From the NCBI GenBank assembly GCA_041750285.1, contig JBGSZS010000018.1, positions 256,001 to 320,000 on the forward strand: 64,000 bases of DNA, read 5' to 3'. Positions 60,384 to 64,000 of this stretch are shown here, piece by piece. The position numbers and the translations under genes were made by a program. Under the pieces are notes generated by a model. It was not told where the DNA came from, made no database searches, and saw only the letters and a program-made list of their open reading frames with translations. Source of the stretch: Candidatus Fermentibacteraceae bacterium (lineage in GTDB: Bacteria; Fermentibacterota; Fermentibacteria; Fermentibacterales; JCC-6). Within the stretch, counting starts at the first letter, position 1. Every line of letters begins with the position of its first letter.

Positions 60384-60498
60384 GACAACCCTCCGGAACA
60401 GCGACGATTGGCTGTGAAAAGCATCACCTGTATATAATGACCCCGATGGAGCTTCCGAGCAATCGTATCTCCCTGTCAGACGGGGGTCACTTGCCGCA

Positions 60499-61767
60499 AT
60501 GAGATGCCCGACAGTCGACAGCCTGTTTCTGCGGGCGAACGGCAGGTTTGTCTGCTGGGACGATGCTGGAAGCGACAAGGTTCTGTATCACCCATCGGAA
60601 CACTCCGACATGTCCGGTGTCTACGAGCCAGGAGGCCCGTGTGCCCGGGCTGCGAAAGCCCTTCGTGCCCGCGTGCTGCCCGATTCGCTGACATGCCCTG
60701 GTTGCGTATGCCTGTCAATGACCGGTAACCCTGTTTTCAACCCTGAAGTGGTCAGCGTGATGCAGGTGGAACCTTCCGCCCTTTGTACGCTCAGGTGCCT
60801 TGCGTGCGCCTCTTCCGAAGAAAGAGAGGCACTTGAACCGCCCCACCTTCTCTCACCCGGGCTTTTCGCACGAACTTTGAACGACTTCACCGGGGCAGGG
60901 ATCAGGATACTGACCTTCGACTTTTCCGGTCATGGGGAGCCGACTCTCAACCCCGATCTTCCCGAATTGATCCGCGTTGCCAGACGCAGCTATCCTGAAG
61001 CCTTGATAATACTCGGTACGAATGGCCAGACTCGGTACTCGTCGGAGTTGGTCCGCTCGGGGATTGACCAGTTGCATGTCGCGCTGGACGGCATAGACCA
61101 ATGCAGTTACGGCCGTTACAGGGTGGGGGGCAGCTTCAGCGATGCGCTGAGCTTCCTGAAGTCCGCAGCGTCAGATGCTTCCGCAGCCCGTGTGATCTGG
61201 AGGTACATCCTCTTCAGTCACAACTCCGATTTCGGACACATCGCGCTGGCGTGGGAAATGGCATGCGACACGGGAGTCGACGAGCTTCGTTTCATTATCA
61301 CCCGAAGGGGCGAATGGAGCACCTCCATCGAAACCGTTGCCGATCTGTCGAACGCCCTGAAAAGGGCGGGGGTGCCCGAAACCTGCCTCAGGCTCGAATC
61401 ACGTGAAACCATGGATCGAAGGAACAGGCTGAAAAATCGAATAAGGCGTTTCGAGCCATTCTACAGGCTCGCCTCCCGGACGTACCGTTCCTTCAGGTTC
61501 GGTCCACCTGGAAACGGCATGCCATCAGTCGGCATTGACTATTGCATGATCGGTGAGCACCAGCTGAAGCTGGCTCTTTCCGAGTCACGCCGTCATCTTC
61601 GAGCCGGAAGGAACAACGAGGCACGGTCCCTGCTCAGACATGTGGAGGAGATCGTGGAAAAGCCCCGCCAAAGGAATCCGGCATACTCACCGGAGAAGGT
61701 GCTCGCGTTCCTTGGTGAGTCATTATTCTCCCTGCGTGCATCAGTCCGGAAAACCCCGTGTCCCTGA
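60499..61767 (+). CDS. Radical SAM protein with N-terminal SPASM/Twitch-like cysteine domain
   Basis: 'CTLRCLAC', 'GHGEPTLN', 'GTNG', 'LDG...Y..YRVGG'. Confidence 0.88.
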   Translation: MRCPTVDSLFLRANGRFVCWDDAGSDKVLYHPSEHSDMSGVYEPGGPCARAAKALRARVLPDSLTCPGCVCLSMTGNPVFNPEVVSVMQVEPSALCTLRCLACASSEEREALEPPHLLSPGLFARTLNDFTGAGIRILTFDFSGHGEPTLNPDLPELIRVARRSYPEALIILGTNGQTRYSSELVRSGIDQLHVALDGIDQCSYGRYRVGGSFSDALSFLKSAASDASAARVIWRYILFSHNSDFGHIALAWEMACDTGVDELRFIITRRGEWSTSIETVADLSNALKRAGVPETCLRLESRETMDRRNRLKNRIRRFEPFYRLASRTYRSFRFGPPGNGMPSVGIDYCMIGEHQLKLALSESRRHLRAGRNNEARSLLRHVEEIVEKPRQRNPAYSPEKVLAFLGESLFSLRASVRKTPCP

Positions 61768-62621
61768 GGGGTCTGCTTGCGCAAACAGGCCTCCTGAGGC
61801 CATCTAGGGCACTTTTCAGGGCTTCTCTCGGGTGCCTGAAAACACTGGTCTGGAAAGCTTCAGGACAGTCTGCCGATCATGATGGTCAGCCGTGCCCTCC
61901 CCCCCATCTATGTTTCAGGTCCGCAGCGTGTTACGACACCCGGCACTTCCTCTCAACAGGTGCCAGAGGCGCGGCATGCATAATCTCCCTTCTTGAAAAG
62001 GCCGGAAGGCCGCTCGAAAACATTGTCTGTCTTGACTTTGGCTGCGGGGCGGGGAGACTGGCCCGATACCTGCTTCACCAGAGGGGTCTAGAACTCCACG
62101 GAACGGATGTTGACGCTGCAGCTTCAGGATGGTGCCGGCAGAACCTGGGTATGGATTGTCGAAGCAATGCGCCCGGAAGTCCTCTTGAGTATGAGGATGG
62201 CACTTTTGACATGGTTCTGGCGATAGCCGTCTTCCCGCACATGAACCTGAAAGACCAGGGCTTCTACCTTGGTGAGTTGAAAAGGGTGCTGAAACCCGGA
62301 GGAACGCTTCTTCTCACCCTGAAAGGCCATCACCGCCGAAGCGAGCTTTCCCTCGAGGAGCGGGAAATGTTCGATTCGGGCCGGCCGGTCGTGAGGGAGC
62401 CTCTTTACTCAACGCAAAGGTACTGCCTTGCATATCATCCCCGAGAGTTCGCGGCGGGGATCATGGCCCCAGGGTTCGACCTTCTCCTTCACGTACCCAT
62501 GGGCTCCGAGGATACAGGGCAGGACGCGTACATCTTTGAAAGGCAAACGTGCGCCGGAATTCCGAAGGGACATGTCGGAGACATTTTCAGACAGGGTCAC
62601 GCCCGGTCCGTGGATACCTGA
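61758..62621 (+). CDS. Class I SAM-dependent methyltransferase
   Basis: 'LDFGCGAGR', 'GTDVD', 'FDMV', 'LKRVLKPGG'. Confidence 0.9.
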   Translation: MSLRGLLAQTGLLRPSRALFRASLGCLKTLVWKASGQSADHDGQPCPPPHLCFRSAACYDTRHFLSTGARGAACIISLLEKAGRPLENIVCLDFGCGAGRLARYLLHQRGLELHGTDVDAAASGWCRQNLGMDCRSNAPGSPLEYEDGTFDMVLAIAVFPHMNLKDQGFYLGELKRVLKPGGTLLLTLKGHHRRSELSLEEREMFDSGRPVVREPLYSTQRYCLAYHPREFAAGIMAPGFDLLLHVPMGSEDTGQDAYIFERQTCAGIPKGHVGDIFRQGHARSVDT

Positions 62622-62655
62622 AGCATGTGTGAGGGGGAAGGGGTCACGAATGCGA

Positions 62656-63585
62656 TCAGCCCGGGAAAAGCCTTTCAGGCCTCATTTCGGGCCGCCTCAG
62701 GATGCCGTGAAGCACTCCCAGCCACATCCAGTATACGAGTCTGCCATTTCTCCTGAGGGGATACATGACCGTTTTCAGCAGGGTTATCCCGAAATAGTAG
62801 AAAAGAAAAGCAAGAAACACCGGCGGCTTCAGATGCCTCAGGGCCACTATGTAACGGTTCCTGTGGGTGAAGTAGATGGCGAATGGTGAAAAAACCCCTC
62901 CCACGCTGATCGAGACGTGGTGACGTACTATCGAGCCTGGAACAAGGTGGGTGGTGAACCCGAGATTCCTGATCTTGAAGGTAAGATCGACGTCGTCGTA
63001 GTAGATGAAGAGATCGGTATCCTGCATGCCCGCATCCCTGTAGGTGTTCCACCTCATCATCATCGCGCACCCGGTTGCCTGGTCGACTTCGAAGGGCTGC
63101 CCGGGCAGTTCCGGGACGAACCTGTACAGGGGTTTCAGGTTCATCCTCCACTTGATGAACACACCCCCCGCGTTCCAGAGCATGTCCGGCCTCGAAGCGT
63201 ACGTTATCGCGGGAACGGTGATCCCGGTTCCGGGATTCTTTTCAAGAAAGTCGGCGAGAAGGAAAAGTGTGTCGGGAGCGACCTCGGTGTCGTTGTTGAG
63301 GATGATCACATACTCAAGATCACGGCCGGCAAGCATTTCGTAGGATCTGTTGTTGCCGGCGGTAAAACCCAGATTTCCCGGATTCCTGTGGAAGACCACC
63401 TCCGGGATCTCGCCGACCCATGGGGGTACGGGGCCGGGAGTGTTGTTGTCCACCAGACCGATGACAACCCGGACACCCTCGGATCGCAGCACTGACCGGA
63501 CACACTTCTCCGTCAATTCCCACTGACGGAAGTTGACCATGAGTATGCCGATCCTGTACGGGCCGTCATCCCGGGGCTGAACCAT
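62656..63585 (-). CDS. Glycosyltransferase GT2
   Basis: 'VDN', 'NLGFTAGNN', 'LNNDT', 'FIYYDDVD'. Confidence 0.9.
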   Translation of the reverse strand: MVQPRDDGPYRIGILMVNFRQWELTEKCVRSVLRSEGVRVVIGLVDNNTPGPVPPWVGEIPEVVFHRNPGNLGFTAGNNRSYEMLAGRDLEYVIILNNDTEVAPDTLFLLADFLEKNPGTGITVPAITYASRPDMLWNAGGVFIKWRMNLKPLYRFVPELPGQPFEVDQATGCAMMMRWNTYRDAGMQDTDLFIYYDDVDLTFKIRNLGFTTHLVPGSIVRHHVSISVGGVFSPFAIYFTHRNRYIVALRHLKPPVFLAFLFYYFGITLLKTVMYPLRRNGRLVYWMWLGVLHGILRRPEMRPERLFPG

Positions 63586-63827
63586 GCCGCTCCGATACGG
63601 GCTGGGGGAAAAACACTTGCCTGAAGGGTTTGGATAATAGTCCCGGTCAAACGGGAAGTAAAGTGGCCGGCATCGTATCGGGCGCTCCGTCAAAGCTTTC
63701 CACGCTGAAATCGGAACGCCCTCCACTTTAATCTACAGGGTGTAACTTTTTCAATGGAATGAGTGTCCTCTTCTTTTTAAGACATTCGCAAGGGAGTTAT
63801 GGAAAAGCGAACAGAAGGAGGGAGAAA

Positions 63828-64000
63828 ATGAAAAGGTTCCCGGCCATTCCCCTGATCGCGGCCCTGGCGGCTGGATGCGGTGGAACCGCTGAAACGCCTG
63901 CGGATGCTTCAACTGATGTGAGATATCTCGTCGTGGTTGATTCGATCGGAGTGGAGACGGGTGACTCATGCTACACCTTCGGCGGAATAGAGGGTGTGGA
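63828..64000 (+). CDS. Lipoprotein, probable beta-propeller; truncated at the window end
   Basis: SD AGGAGG; MKRFPAIPLIAALAAGC lipobox; 'DSIGVETGDSCYTFG'. Confidence 0.7.
   Translation, partial: MKRFPAIPLIAALAAGCGGTAETPADASTDVRYLVVVDSIGVETGDSCYTFGGIEGV

Overview
This 64 kb window is GC-rich, gene-dense bacterial core chromosome. The secreted-protein signatures and gene content suggest an anaerobic FCB-group lineage such as Candidatus Fermentibacterota; that placement is inference only. It holds about 58 CDS: housekeeping genes (metG, holB, metK, dnaK-grpE-dnaJ, uvrA, hflKC, eno, ftsB, rsgA, argF), envelope and glycan genes (GT2, GT4, GT-C, carbamoyltransferase, radical SAM, methyltransferase), two sigma54 activators, an HD-GYP protein, thiamine salvage genes (thiM-thiE) and a methionine island (UPF0280 plus aspartate-semialdehyde sulfurtransferase, divergent from metF and a split metH). 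I saw no tRNA, rRNA, CRISPR array, transposase or phage gene. The main signals are non-coding. (1) A SAM-II riboswitch with a terminator/antiterminator precedes metK. (2) A SAM-I/IV riboswitch precedes the archaeal-type homocysteine genes and is followed by an unannotated 32-aa Met/Cys/His-rich leader ORF whose stop codon lies in an 18-bp hairpin. (3) A TPP riboswitch precedes thiM. (4) A pseudoknot of no family I recognise buries the Shine-Dalgarno of a divergent sodium:solute symporter. (5) A sigma54 promoter motif precedes dnaK. All calls come from reading the sequence by eye; no database searches were run.
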